Positions 12,701 through 19,808 of a stretch of 58,693 nt of DNA are shown piece by piece; position 1 is the first letter of the stretch, and each line of letters starts with the position of its first letter. The DNA lies in NCBI GenBank assembly GCA_002469885.1, contig DKOI01000029.1, forward strand, positions 1 through 58,693, given 5' to 3'. This stretch comes from Legionellales bacterium UBA7366. GTDB taxonomy: Bacteria; Pseudomonadota; Gammaproteobacteria; UBA7366. The translations under genes were made by a program, and so were the position numbers. The notes beneath the pieces were generated by a model. That model was given only the letters and a program-made list of their open reading frames with translations, ran no database searches and was not told where the DNA came from.

Positions 12701-15700
12701 CGACACTGGATCCTATAAGCCCCCCACCATTAGCACCACCGCCTGTCACGGCACCCACTGAATAGACCTGATCAATTATGCCGCCTGAGATTTGACCTAA
12801 AAATCCACCAACCGCTCCACTATATGAGCGCACATGACCCGTTGCGTAGGCGACACTAATATCGCCTGTTGCTAGCTCGCCGCTGAGCCCACCTACGTTT
12901 AACGTGCCCGTCACATCACCCGTGGAAAATGCATTTGAAATAGAGCCATAGTTACGTCCAACCAATCCACCGACAAAGTTGTAACCTAAAATGTCCCCCG
13001 TAGCATATGAATCAGTAATGACGCCTGAAGCATTATTCACACCCACAAGACCACCGGCATGAATTCCACCAGACAAAATATCGCCCGTACTGTAAGAGTT
13101 GCTAATGTTAGCATTATTTGAACCAACTAGCCCACCATGTGAACCGCCAAGGCTACCAAGCTGTCCACGCACCATTGCAGAGGAATAAGTGTTTTCAATG
13201 ATTGAATCGACTGCTAATCCAATGAGCCCACCGACATTAGAGTAACCTGCAATATCACCACCGACTAGACCAACATTTTTAACAGTTGCGTTCGAGGTTT
13301 TACCAAAAAGCCCCGCATAATAATTTGCAAACACATCACTATCAATTCCTTTATTCACAACCAAATCATTAATTGTGTGGAACTGACCATCAAACGAACC
13401 TGAAAAATCAGCGCTGGCACTATCGCCTATTGGCTTAAAGCCTAAACCGCCATTCCATATCGAGGTTGCGCCTGCGTCAATACTATTCATCAACTGGTAA
13501 TCTGCTGTTAAGTCAATATTAACTAATTGTAATTGCGTCAACGTTCTAATGTTATTGGTATGTTGTATCTGCAAAACTGGATAAGCGTTAGATCGCAACA
13601 TGTACCATTGACCATCCACACCTGTTCGATTATTTGAAAAGTCCCAACCCGCTGTTGTAAATGTTGATTGTGTTTGAAGTTCAGTTGTTGTTTTACCTGA
13701 AACATTGGTGAGTGTGATAGAGGATTCACCTGTTGTATCAGTGTATGTTCTAGATTGATTGTTGCCTTCGAATAATCTTGCATCAAGATCGGCTGTCGTG
13801 TTTAAACTAAAGACTTCAAAGAGGAGCGCACCAATGGCATCATCGACAAAGGCTGTGTCAGTATCATAATAAGCATGCTCGATTGAAACAATATCATCAA
13901 CATCGGCATTCACAATTTCACCGATAATACCACCTGTGTTATTTGAACCAACGATTAAACCAGTGGTGTAAACATTAGTGATCTCACCTTGATAAAGTGA
14001 ACCGATTAAACCACCCACAGCATTTTCACCAATTACGTTGCCTTGCGTATAGGCATTATCAAGTGTGAAGTTGAAACCCGATGTGTTAGCAAAACCTAAC
14101 AAACCACCCACATTATCGCTCCCCCACGTGCGTGATGTGCTGTAGACTTCATCAATATCCGCATTCGCATTTACTTGACCGACCAGGCCACCAACATTAT
14201 TCACCCCTTCAACACTGCCTTCACTGTAACTGTTGCTAAGGGTTGTATCGCCAGAAATCAAACCGATTAAACCACCGACGTTATTTACACCTATAACATC
14301 ACCTGTGACAAAGAGGTTGTTAGCGCTCAAATCTTCAGTGGCTAGTCCAACCAATCTTCCGACATTTTCCCCGCCGACAACAAGCGCATTGGTGAGGCCT
14401 AGGTTGCTAATGATTGCATTCCTTGTTACACCCAATAAGCCGACATTATCAACACCACCTTGATTGATATAAAGTGAATCAACAGCATAGCCTTGTCCAT
14501 CAAATGAACCTGTAAAGGCTCTTTCGTCATTGCCTAGAGAAGCAAAACCTGCATTAAAGCTGACTCCAGGATTCCAAAAATGCGTTTCAGTCGCATCAAC
14601 GTTATCTATTAAAGAATAATCGCCATCTAGATCAACCGCCATCATTTGTAAGTCTTCGATTGTGTCGATCTCATAGGTATTGACTCCCGTTTGCATCAAC
14701 TTTAACTGCATTTGTAATTGTGGAAACCCGGCCATGATCCAGTCACCATCGTCAATGGCATCATCAGGAATACCGTTAGTTGAAAAATCCCAAGCTGCAA
14801 ACGTGTCAGGATCACGCATTTCTGCAAGAAATCTTAACGCTACATCGGTAATTGCACCGGCATTGGTATCATCACCAATCACGTCATCAGTCGTATTATC
14901 TAAAGAGAATGAATTAGAAACGGTTGCCGTGTTTTGAACTTTACCAATTAATTGACCTACGGCTGTATTACCCGTGGTCGTACCGGTGGTATACGTATTA
15001 CTAATATCATCACTTGGCGCTGAACCGTGCAAACCCACTAAACCACCTACGCTGTTATAACCATCAACATCACCGGTGGCATAAGCATTTTGAATAGTTG
15101 AATTATTCTCGCCGACTAAGCCACCGATACTGTCATCCCCTTCAACGTTACCTGTCGCAAAACTGTTTTCGATGGTTGCATAGTTAGAACCGACAAGACC
15201 ACCGTGTTCTTCACCGCTTAATGCACCATTGTTACCTGTCACGTCACCACTGGCATAACTTTCAGAGACAACCGCATCGTTATCAATAAAACCTGCGAGC
15301 CCGCCAACAGATTTGTTACCGCTTACATTACCTGTTGCATTTGATTTCGTTACAAAGCTGCCATCCAAGGCACCGACTATGCCACCCACTTGATTACCTG
15401 CCGCTACATTGCCGGAAACTGTGCCTGTTGCTGTTGACTCTGAAATCGTTGCGCCGTTAATAACAGGCGTTTCAAAGTAAGTTGCCAACCCCACTAAACC
15501 ACCAATGTTTTCGTCATACCCTTCAACAGACGCTGATGAAGATACATTGGTAATTTTAGTTTGTTGAATAGCCCCCGCAATTGACCCTACGTTTGTTTTA
15601 CCGACGATTGTTCCGCCATCCAAATTAACATTTTTAATTTCAGAATCGGCGCCTTGAACAAAACCAAACAAGCCGACGTAGTCTTCGTTATTGCGATTAA

Positions 15701-17768
15701 TGGTTAAATCACTAATCGTGTTTGAATCCCCTTCTAAAACCCCTTTAAATGATGCTGCATTATCCCCAACGGGATCGAATCCTTTATCGCTATCCCATGT
15801 GCTTGTCGCACTTGCGTCAATGTCTTTCCCTAAAGCGTAATGACCATCGAGTGCTGTACTCATTTGTTGAAGGTCATACACATCATTAATCAACATGTAG
15901 GCATTTTCATTCGTCGCATCAACGTTGCTGCTGTAGTCAGTGGCTGCTGTGAAATCTGTCGTGCCATAAAAAATATCGACATCACCCAAGGTTTTCACTT
16001 GATCGACATCATTAAACATCACCGTTCCACCGGCAACGGCTGCATTGCCGCCGGCTAACGCCGATGAGTCAACACGGTTTGATGAATCTGAATCTGCACG
16101 CAGTGTAATGTTGCTGGCTTGTGTTGCTTCGATTAAAGCGCCTAGTTCAAAAATAATGTCGTTATGCGCATAAACAAATAAATCACTGTCTGCATTACCC
16201 CATGAAATTGCCGCCGCACTTGCGAAAGTCACGTCACCATCTTCTGTGCCTGTGCTGAGAGTTTGAATGATAACATCGGTGCCTAAATCTAAACTGTCTG
16301 AAATGCTTGTTGAGTTGGATCCGTCAACAAAAAAATCTGTTGGATCTAACAACCAAGAACCGCCCTCACCGCTCACAGAGCTTGCTGTCACTGATGCGCC
16401 AGAAATATCGAGCGTTTCTTTACCGGATGTTTCAACAAAACCACCAGCACCAATAAAACCTAATGCACTCGCGCTTGCAGTTCCGTGAAATTGTGTTTCT
16501 TTATCTGCCCAAGCAACAATGGTTCCCGCATCACCTGTAACATGTGAATCTGCTTTTAGTGTCGCGCCTGATTCAACGACTGTTCTTTGTGCTGTTTGAT
16601 ATTCACCTGATCCTTGTCTATCACCGCCTAATAAAATACTACCACCACCGGATTGACCGCTGACATCAATCGACGCACTATCTTCTACATCAATAAACTG
16701 CGCGAAGACGTGCACACTACCACCGGCTTCACCTGCATCATTTCCCACGGCATCTAGAAAGCCTGAGATATTAACTGTGCTTGAATTCCCATAGACGCCA
16801 ATGTGTCCTGCAACCTCCTCGTAACTTGTCGCCCTCATGTTGCCTGACAAGTTAATAATATTATCCAACACATCAACTGCACTGCCTGTTTGAATTAGAA
16901 TCGAACCACCCTCTGCAATCACATCACCACGTTGATCAATGGCAACCATCGTATCGATAAGCGAATCCATTGAGTCATCGTACGCAGTGGGTCTGACGAG
17001 AAGTCCTTTATCAATAACAAAGTTAATTAATCCATCGCCGTAAAAATCCATTGTGTATTGCGTACCAGAACCTAAAACGACGTTCCCTAAGTTCGCGCGA
17101 ATCACACCGTAGTTAGCAACGCCTGGTGCAACCAATGCAGCAAGTCCACTTTCAGAAACTATAGTCCCTTTGTTAACAACCGAAGAAGAAATCGAAGCTT
17201 CGTAATCATCACCTGAAAATGGTTTGAATTGAACATGATTAAGGCCACTCATGAAATCATTTTGATTATGCAAATCCAGAGTTGATGCCATTACCCCTGA
17301 TACGTTCACATAACTACTGGGTCCGAAATAAATGCCATTCGGATTTAAAATCCAGACACGCCCATTGGCTGTTAGCTTTCCATAGATTTCAGAAACCGAT
17401 CCGCCAGTAACACGGTTGACAGCAATTGAATTTGAATTAGGTTGTACGAATTGCGTATGCTCACCTTCTGCAATACTAAAATCTTTCCAGTTGATCACTG
17501 CACGGTTAGAGTGTTGGAGGATTGTAGTTTTTTGTCCTTCAGCAATAATGTCAGCGCTACCTGCTGCAACCACGCCCTCTTGAGGATTGGCTGTAACAAC
17601 AGTCGAAAACAGGATTGTGGTGGTTGCTGCGATGGATAATGAAAATGACTTTACGAGTGAGCGCAGATCAGCGGTATGAAAGAACAAGGCGATTCTAGAT
17701 TGAATACGTAAGCCCTGTGTTCTCTTTGGCGTAATGCTTGACTGCTTCGAAAAATTTTCTAGCTTCAT
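729..17768 (-). CDS. Giant (5679 aa) two-partner-secretion exoprotein: N-terminal TPS domain, FHA-like beta-helix, 11 long GLUG-motif modules, unique C-terminal region
   Basis: Single uninterrupted ORF. The N-terminus has an extended signal-like region, then NPQEGVVAAGSADII..AVINWKDFSIAEGEHTQFVQPNSNSIAVNRVTGGSVSEIYGKLTANGRVWILNPNGIYF, which matches the TPS domain hallmarks INW..F, NRV.GG and NPNGI. The body contains dozens of G-G-L-[VI]-G (GLUG-type) repeats. They are organised in modules that each start with Y.L..[DN]IDAS.T..W...GF.PIG...F.G.[LF]DG.G..I..L.I.R and end with FWD[VI].TSG...S.G...M.....T....W.F.....W.M....P.LQ. Confidence 0.9.
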   Translation of the reverse strand: MKLENFSKQSSITPKRTQGLRIQSRIALFFHTADLRSLVKSFSLSIAATTTILFSTVVTANPQEGVVAAGSADIIAEGQKTTILQHSNRAVINWKDFSIAEGEHTQFVQPNSNSIAVNRVTGGSVSEIYGKLTANGRVWILNPNGIYFGPSSYVNVSGVMASTLDLHNQNDFMSGLNHVQFKPFSGDDYEASISSSVVNKGTIVSESGLAALVAPGVANYGVIRANLGNVVLGSGTQYTMDFYGDGLINFVIDKGLLVRPTAYDDSMDSLIDTMVAIDQRGDVIAEGGSILIQTGSAVDVLDNIINLSGNMRATSYEEVAGHIGVYGNSSTVNISGFLDAVGNDAGEAGGSVHVFAQFIDVEDSASIDVSGQSGGGSILLGGDRQGSGEYQTAQRTVVESGATLKADSHVTGDAGTIVAWADKETQFHGTASASALGFIGAGGFVETSGKETLDISGASVTASSVSGEGGSWLLDPTDFFVDGSNSTSISDSLDLGTDVIIQTLSTGTEDGDVTFASAAAISWGNADSDLFVYAHNDIIFELGALIEATQASNITLRADSDSSNRVDSSALAGGNAAVAGGTVMFNDVDQVKTLGDVDIFYGTTDFTAATDYSSNVDATNENAYMLINDVYDLQQMSTALDGHYALGKDIDASATSTWDSDKGFDPVGDNAASFKGVLEGDSNTISDLTINRNNEDYVGLFGFVQGADSEIKNVNLDGGTIVGKTNVGSIAGAIQQTKITNVSSSASVEGYDENIGGLVGLATYFETPVINGATISESTATGTVSGNVAAGNQVGGIVGALDGSFVTKSNATGNVSGNKSVGGLAGFIDNDAVVSESYASGDVTGNNGALSGEEHGGLVGSNYATIENSFATGNVEGDDSIGGLVGENNSTIQNAYATGDVDGYNSVGGLVGLHGSAPSDDISNTYTTGTTTGNTAVGQLIGKVQNTATVSNSFSLDNTTDDVIGDDTNAGAITDVALRFLAEMRDPDTFAAWDFSTNGIPDDAIDDGDWIMAGFPQLQMQLKLMQTGVNTYEIDTIEDLQMMAVDLDGDYSLIDNVDATETHFWNPGVSFNAGFASLGNDERAFTGSFDGQGYAVDSLYINQGGVDNVGLLGVTRNAIISNLGLTNALVVGGENVGRLVGLATEDLSANNLFVTGDVIGVNNVGGLIGLISGDTTLSNSYSEGSVEGVNNVGGLVGQVNANADIDEVYSTSRTWGSDNVGGLLGFANTSGFNFTLDNAYTQGNVIGENAVGGLIGSLYQGEITNVYTTGLIVGSNNTGGIIGEIVNADVDDIVSIEHAYYDTDTAFVDDAIGALLFEVFSLNTTADLDARLFEGNNQSRTYTDTTGESSITLTNVSGKTTTELQTQSTFTTAGWDFSNNRTGVDGQWYMLRSNAYPVLQIQHTNNIRTLTQLQLVNIDLTADYQLMNSIDAGATSIWNGGLGFKPIGDSASADFSGSFDGQFHTINDLVVNKGIDSDVFANYYAGLFGKTSNATVKNVGLVGGDIAGYSNVGGLIGLAVDSIIENTYSSAMVRGQLGSLGGSHGGLVGSNNANISNSYSTGDILSGGIHAGGLVGVNNASGVITDSYATGDILGYNFVGGLVGRNYGSISNAFSTGDVTGTLNVGGLSGELATGDISVAYATGHVRSYSGAVGGFLGQISGGIIDQVYSVGAVTGGGANGGGLIGSSVGGTVTGSFWDVDTSGKASSAGGAGVIGKSTADMQTQKTYTDVDWDFTNNNVGVEGDWYMAGSARYPRLQMENTLAQTFGIKNVNELQMIDVDLTGNYFLANNIDASETVHWNPESATDYYGFSPIALITDSDPDFDIVFDGTPFTGSLDGRGYTVSNLWFDRNNQSFVGLFAKTSGATISNLGVTDSSYIGEFYVGSLVASSDNRTRVHNVFVDENYVQGLNFVGGVLGEQADSWLSNAYADSTVFGFTNSGGLVGENRRAMILNAHSSGKVYMALIGGGIVGSNSDSSTVMNAYTKSDVFGGLDLFGDINYTSTPSTGGIAGINDDSIIINTYARGKVLGLGDVGGLVGTDNAGTVTNSYWDIATTGQTSSAGGGTGYFTAQMQTEGTYAGWSFLNNSTGVYGDWIMVKEDDYPHLQIENTMAKIFGIQNVTQLQLINVDTTGEYTLRNNIDASETAGWNNGEGFNPINNLLNEGFDGTLDGQNYTISNLSITRPSESEIGLFSRLDNGGVVKNVGLIDPTIIGNTYVGGLSGYFSPTTLRTDGLIQNSYVSGGTIGLAGVSTNVGGLVGSMREGRIIDSWSSADIVGVSDLGGVVGYMLGGSTVFDNVYSTGSVTATNSNGRVGGLVGYLYSLDNRPMMLNRVFSTGDVQNDSLLYGTGGLVGAINPALLTSTQAHIVIQDSYTTANVRGGGGNTGGMIGVVDWNANDATRLSIIDSYSAGNVTSLIHDENSSTAGLIGHIAQNATVDFNNVLWDVESSGFYAPIGFNEGIVIGSPIGITSVERADESTFSNLGWGFNNNNRGIEDTWVYLGDEDGQLTPVLQSALSYNIAEAEQLRYVTLDMQGDYVLTRDIDASDTEYWNSGAGFNPIGNDSTKFTGQLDGRGFAVRDLFINRSSTENVGMFGYIQNATIKNIGLIGGTIVGGNYTGGLVGQADVFSLITSAYNKGNVNGRNFVGGLAGLIDSGSTIENSYATDDVTGEFVVGGLVGSVFGGGIVKTSFATGDVTAASNGAGGLVGSIQVNGRVFNAYATGSVTGDNNVGGFAGSSEGGITNAYSEGFVTGAGSTGGFLGFWSAFDSNTNTYWNIQTSGQAGSAGAGVIGKTPNQMTQEATFTDWNFENSAFGLPGGEWIMAGTPHLQMEHTTDITNVNELALTVLDPFSDYVLMNDIDASQTEAWNYASGLYNGFTPIGLFAGSLDGQGFAIRDLFVRPTNTNLESIGLFSFVHLSDVSNLELINPVVTAPGVANNKVGALSGSVIASTIDNVGVINGTVYGIDRVGGLVGEATMSAISHSFATGTVSGDDVVGGLAGALRYKSSLAYVYSAATVMGDGGQVGGLVGAIESVDASNEMTVQNAYAIGDVFASSSYAGGLIGLVQNADIQEVYATGAVRGDSYVGGLFGELSGGSVSEGFATGRVTASSDAGGLFGLYLSGSSLDKLFWDEQSTKMTGAANGNNNSIAGTTGIELTAEMKDSAVLVGLDFADTWEWILPDSGTEYYDYPHLISENAYGIVSTAGNDGTTGDVVALLSDGLLTGFKGEFLTNDSYMITMREDRVPAGSHLLLFNDSSDSANVVMVTDGQELISSNGPLLLDTYMLAVSPPTAISKIIGIWAAPGDTFFISDIADAVGDYQGKGVRVEYSDDTLRFTNNTNLVTTEELVIDETFALDAHVNGGVYFLNDVSSKEFNTGLIFSGEGTATAEADVDLAYFELQDGTWDQQSIDPTAQTFYANDFRLTGGEFKRFLNSTTPFQIADVYGLQGLNTLSMTNDYTVVNNIDARVTESWNDGEGFMPIGSGGSAYQGIFNGGGHLIDGLTIHRPTENYVGLFSATTGATVEIQHIGLTNVDIIGNSNVGALVGDVNNVNPVAGASISNVFVEGRVQGMSDNVGGVIGVLGTDATIDQAYSLGSVIGGWQRTGGLIGVINSGTNNVTNSFSMSTVTGGIFGIAGGFAGDIKAGAKLSRVYAQGDVIGSNGSTNVGGFAGTYSGAMLDQAYSTGLVSGTGLNFAGFIGQNITGNITHSFWNTETSGYAIGVPPTNPQPGLNELVGLDTEGLMTQSVITSTPGNNWNFSTDWIMAGYPMLRAFNDTLVNNVIELQLMINDLSADYTLTADIDASDTVNWNAGAGFKPIGFTNGSEFIGQLDGNGYNISDLTINRPLEVSVGLFGKVAGNALAITNVNLVDIDIIANGFTGGLVGESSSNGTISDVSVSGTIDSAESWAGGLVGISNGNFNPTISNIYTDVDITGKFNLGGIAGTLSGTNATSGTTLKNVYSTGELTGLGQIGGIVGQNYIGVSIENSYSTSKINSTGSNVGAFIGFNGGNQVQNSFIDSSVNDVMNAIGGGTLGGVDKITTAELTNINTFTGWGSDFYENGGNTWIMAGLPHLQLELNLMRTSDNHFEIDDAVDLQLATLDLDGIYTLTQDIDASVTREWNCISSCTTGTPEYAGFEPIGSYNDRFLGTLDGQQHEIDGLYMKWDSGDFVALFEAVGEGALIKDLGLTSVHIEGGQRLAALAGYMTGASRVQNSYSTGNIYATNAAWAGGLIGIMQDDADSIIQNSYSTANVSGYAWSMGGLIGLFNSGKVFNSYTLGSVSNTAEVNSGFDTGGLTGIIGSQATIINSYAAGPITGNNAGGLMGSSQGFGGTVKNSFWDVDTTGQATSAAGTGLTHAEALTKSTYTNAGWDFTSIWQIPEGIDAPRLIAEGNLDAISGQVYDSSLSASAQNIGVVLGGGSSIARHTVSLSDGSYSFALSAREMENAAGDEVIIFVDNNTGFTANTLFRKEDDVDVTDLNLIQDTIIAGYENGTDVDMALLNDATKNYMSSSIGYTVSGSTLDTSSNAFIANNEYSTGSNETIISTSDRGIAFNDTLELSSGDITLDNNASTGNVYLNADILSTPADTYNLNIDAGPGAIVLDGNVIKPNDISFLANEAVIAGNLQLVNTTAFDFPLHFRGDTVFSSTSTGATALNFQEAISSDYSMLTLNMLIGKQILAGSTVDLDTFYLERGVWAQDLLNPTLQTFSARDFRLGDVDVAVFLRGNFNSFPNIFISDVYGLQGIGSTSLTLNPGANISLSENIDASGTEHWYDGAGFRPIGDSSNPYQGTFDGQDFSITGLTILTTNKNTGLFGYTDSASIHNVELMDADIDSTETYTGALIGQAVNGTTVTQVHSSGVVYGGNNTGGLIGDLNNSAVFESFSIADVYSTGDNVGGLVGVLGGSATATDTYARGDVTALDAVGGLVGTQTGTSLIKTSYSSGNVTATDIVVAGQGALVGEKTGGDIENSYALKDAGLGVNVGLNMVGSDGLILGLKDDTQMRKASTFDGFDFASIWEMLGDPENSVDYPVFQFQDLFSIYGRVLDTLNMNLPAETVNLASNGVIQAGVTTVSSAATDPNNNYALIFSEKDFVGDEAILLFLSSGVANTVFELYDDAGVIPSFNLDIKQGEVRAVSFADSINEPSNTLLSTAAINTLGYTVAGTDVTVDSGLAFHSLADTSFTVDGDITTTAANIQFDTIASVNSGKNLSTKAGDLLFNSDLTLNGNNVLSTSAVNVTFNNTASFDGSNTFNADGGNLHFAGVTNFVGGPNVITTTGGAIDFDSNVNLDNSINNFNTAGGDVTFGGPLANTGTSAVTIAAGTGDLIFTSGNPIGTALDPITLTVNSVNHVELPVGLFEVVKTQVASSVHLSEAGRFNDAMNLLKVGGTLDIANTYPGGEPFIIEADEGILLKLENPMLNVPIVDIQGDVNFLTDATLTSDTSFDVAGNLIFADGTQIVFNALNDNISFMDPATVNGPGDLTLNSDTPVDLFAQIGNVTRLNSIHFPGVLNVVGDSSVSAGTVLFDDAITNSTPVDLTVSAPASGGFIRFGGQVSSPGTPMTLAVPEGGTAHLYAPIYTPLSLHQVYVVNRFNTGRLTDAWAIMRTSADFTQPFGISRPGLSRIGLPYNPLYPYHLNEMDEKLKVFLVPNKIIYIHDELQSNLTYVPGPYNDVISGFIY
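2660..15900 (-). repeat. Eleven diverged tandem coding modules (roughly 300-450 aa each) inside the giant exoprotein gene (approximate bounds)
   Basis: I counted 11 occurrences of the module-start motif: GKDIDASATSTW, IDNVDATETHFW, MNSIDAGATSIW, ANNIDASETVHW, RNNIDASETAGW, TRDIDASDTEYW, MNDIDASQTEAW, VNNIDARVTESW, TADIDASDTVNW, TQDIDASVTREW, SENIDASGTEHW. The repeats are diverged at protein level, and I saw no long identical DNA repeats. Confidence 0.8.
16780..17590 (-). other. Region encoding the TPS (haemagglutination activity) secretion domain of the giant exoprotein (approximate bounds)
   Basis: Corresponds to residues ~60-330 of the 5679-aa ORF, covering the motifs INWKDF, NRVTGG and ILNPNGIYF and the following beta-helix coils. 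Boundaries are estimated by eye. Confidence 0.6.
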
Positions 17769-18871
17769 ACTCTATCCACTTTGACTTAATCTATATGACA
17801 TCTTTATTAGTGAACTCTTTTTAAGCTTAGTCCAAATATTATGATTACACCGGCGAGCTAATTTGATTCGTGAATCTATTCAACCTGTTAAGGCGTAAAA
17901 TATATTTTCGTATGATTTGCCAATGTATTAACAGCAAAAAACGACGATAGGTGCCTGAATATGGTTTTTTATTGGACTTCTGAGTTATTCTTGAACGTTA
18001 TCGGTTTGGGAAAGCCTGTTTCAGAAATAATACGAAATTTGACGGAGTTGTTTTGAGAGGCTAATGCGACAGAAAAAATACACTATTTTCAAGATGAGAG
18101 TTTAATAAGTTATTAATCCGTGACTTAGCGCATTGTTGAACAAAATACAAACTGGCAAGCGAGCTTTGGAATAAGAAAAAATGGATAATTCAGTAGGAAT
18201 TCGTGAATTTTAGGCACATATAATAGCAAAAAAACCCTATATTGGAACTTTTATAGGACAATCGAATCATTTAAAAAGCAAAAAACCGTTTTTGCCAGCT
18301 TAGCCAGCAAATATTTGTGTATTTTATTGACTGGACAACGCCCGAATTAAGCTGTGTAAGGCATTGTTTTTGGGTGCGAAAAAAAGCACCAAAAACAAAC
18401 AGAAAATAACCTTTTTAGATTTTATTTTCGATGAAAATACTCGTTCATATTTTTATCATTCCATATTATAGAAAAATATCGACAGGAAAAACGAGACAAT
18501 TATGAACAGTGAAAAACTCTTTAAATCCCCCAAATCCGAAACCTCATCAACTTATCAAAAGCACCTGTGGAACGCACATAAAACCGCCCCAGGGAGTTTT
18601 ATGGCTATATATGTATCCTCACTTCAAATGCGCACGTCAACAATTTATAGACCAGCCATACAAATAAACTCCCGTCAAAACAAGATTATAACCTATGAAT
18701 TTCAGAGACTTATGAACCTCGAATTTGCACAGTGAAAAAAACTGTTAATACTCAGTGAGTTCGGATAGGAATTGACTTGAATGCAATAAAGTTTAAAACG
18801 TGCCTTAAATCAATTAACTAGCTGTATATTCACTTCGAAACATCATACTCAAGCTTATTATCGATGGAGCA

Positions 18872-18887
18872 TGTTTCACGTGAAACT
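18872..18887. promoter_or_regulatory. parS: parS-like ParB binding site (TGTTTCACGTGAAACT, 15/16 to the palindromic consensus)
   Basis: Direct read of the sequence. The consensus is TGTTNCACGTGAAACA. Confidence 0.75.
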
Positions 18888-18900
18888 TTAAAACGATTCC

Positions 18901-18916
18901 TGTTCCACGTGGAACG
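18901..18916. promoter_or_regulatory. parS: parS-like ParB binding site (TGTTCCACGTGGAACG, degenerate)
   Basis: Direct read. The core GTTCCACGTGGAAC is a perfect 14-bp palindrome, and the site lies 13 bp from the previous one. Confidence 0.65.
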
Positions 18917-19452
18917 CTCAATCACACTCTCACGCCCTGCTCTATTTATGAACAAAAAAGCGCACTAAAAACTGAACCACACACCGAAAAAGAAACAAAT
19001 CGATAAGCGCAAAACGGTAACTTTACTCAAAAAAACGAAGGATGAGACCGACCTGGGACTATACAATATTTACCCCTTCATCATCACGAAAAAACTCTAA
19101 AAAAAAGTCTTTTGCGCTAGATTGAATATCGTTTTTTTAGTAATTATCGTTAGTAAATTTTGACCAAATCATGACCCTGTGAAAATATAACGAAAGCTGA
19201 AAATAATCAATTCTAGACCTTACAAATACATCGGATCTTTTTAAAAATTTCCAAATTAATCATGGGACGAAAGAAGAACAGTCTTTCTTCCGCCTAAATG
19301 CGAGACTGCCTAAATAAAGCCCGCTGAAAAATATCATGGGAAAAACATCTTTTCGATATTGTTTTTTGTTGAAAATGAACAGAAGGACATTAATGGTCAA
19401 AAATCTTTCTGAATCAATTCAAAGCAAGAATATAAGTCGATTAAGTGCTACA

Positions 19453-19478
19453 TTATCCACATATTTTTTGGTGGATAA
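19453..19478. promoter_or_regulatory. Inverted pair of DnaA boxes: TTATCCACA (perfect), tatttttt spacer, GGTGGATAA (complement TTATCCACC, 1 mismatch)
   Basis: Direct read. The consensus DnaA box is TTATCCACA. A further 1-mismatch box, TGTGGCTAA, lies at about 20451-20459. Confidence 0.6.
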
Positions 19479-19723
19479 ACGATGCAACACAGTTTTGAAT
19501 AACGCTAGACGCTATAAAAATTTAGATAATTAAATCTCGCCGATTAACAATCATACAATCGATAGATATCTTTAAAAGAAACCTTTAGAACATAAGCAAA
19601 AAAAGAGCCCATCTGGTGATGTCAATCATTAGAGGCTTGGCTGTTGAAATTCTAGATATATTCGACATTATGCAGCAGCTATTCTTAGTACACCAACCCT
19701 AGCTATACGCATTCAAATAATAA

Positions 19724-19739
19724 TGTTTCACGTGGAACA
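19724..19739. promoter_or_regulatory. parS: parS site TGTTTCACGTGGAACA (complement TGTTCCACGTGAAACA, exact consensus)
   Basis: Direct read. Flanking A/T extend it to the 18-mer ATGTTTCACGTGGAACAT. Confidence 0.85.
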
Positions 19740-19792
19740 TTTCAGACCTGTTTATTTTCGTAACATCGGGAAAAAGGGCGTTTTTAAGCAAA

Positions 19793-19808
19793 TGTTTCAC
19801 GTGGAACA
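19793..19808. promoter_or_regulatory. parS: parS site TGTTTCACGTGGAACA (exact consensus)
   Basis: Direct read. Same 18-mer as at 19723-19740, 53 bp downstream of that site. Confidence 0.85.

Noticed and set aside
1060-17639. Many plus-strand ORFs of 60-160 aa inside the giant gene (for example 1762-2244, 5920-6261, 8242-8514).
   Set aside because: These are antisense shadow ORFs of a long, compositionally biased, repetitive coding region. Their translations are Pro/Ser/Thr/Val-rich mirror products of the GLUG repeats.
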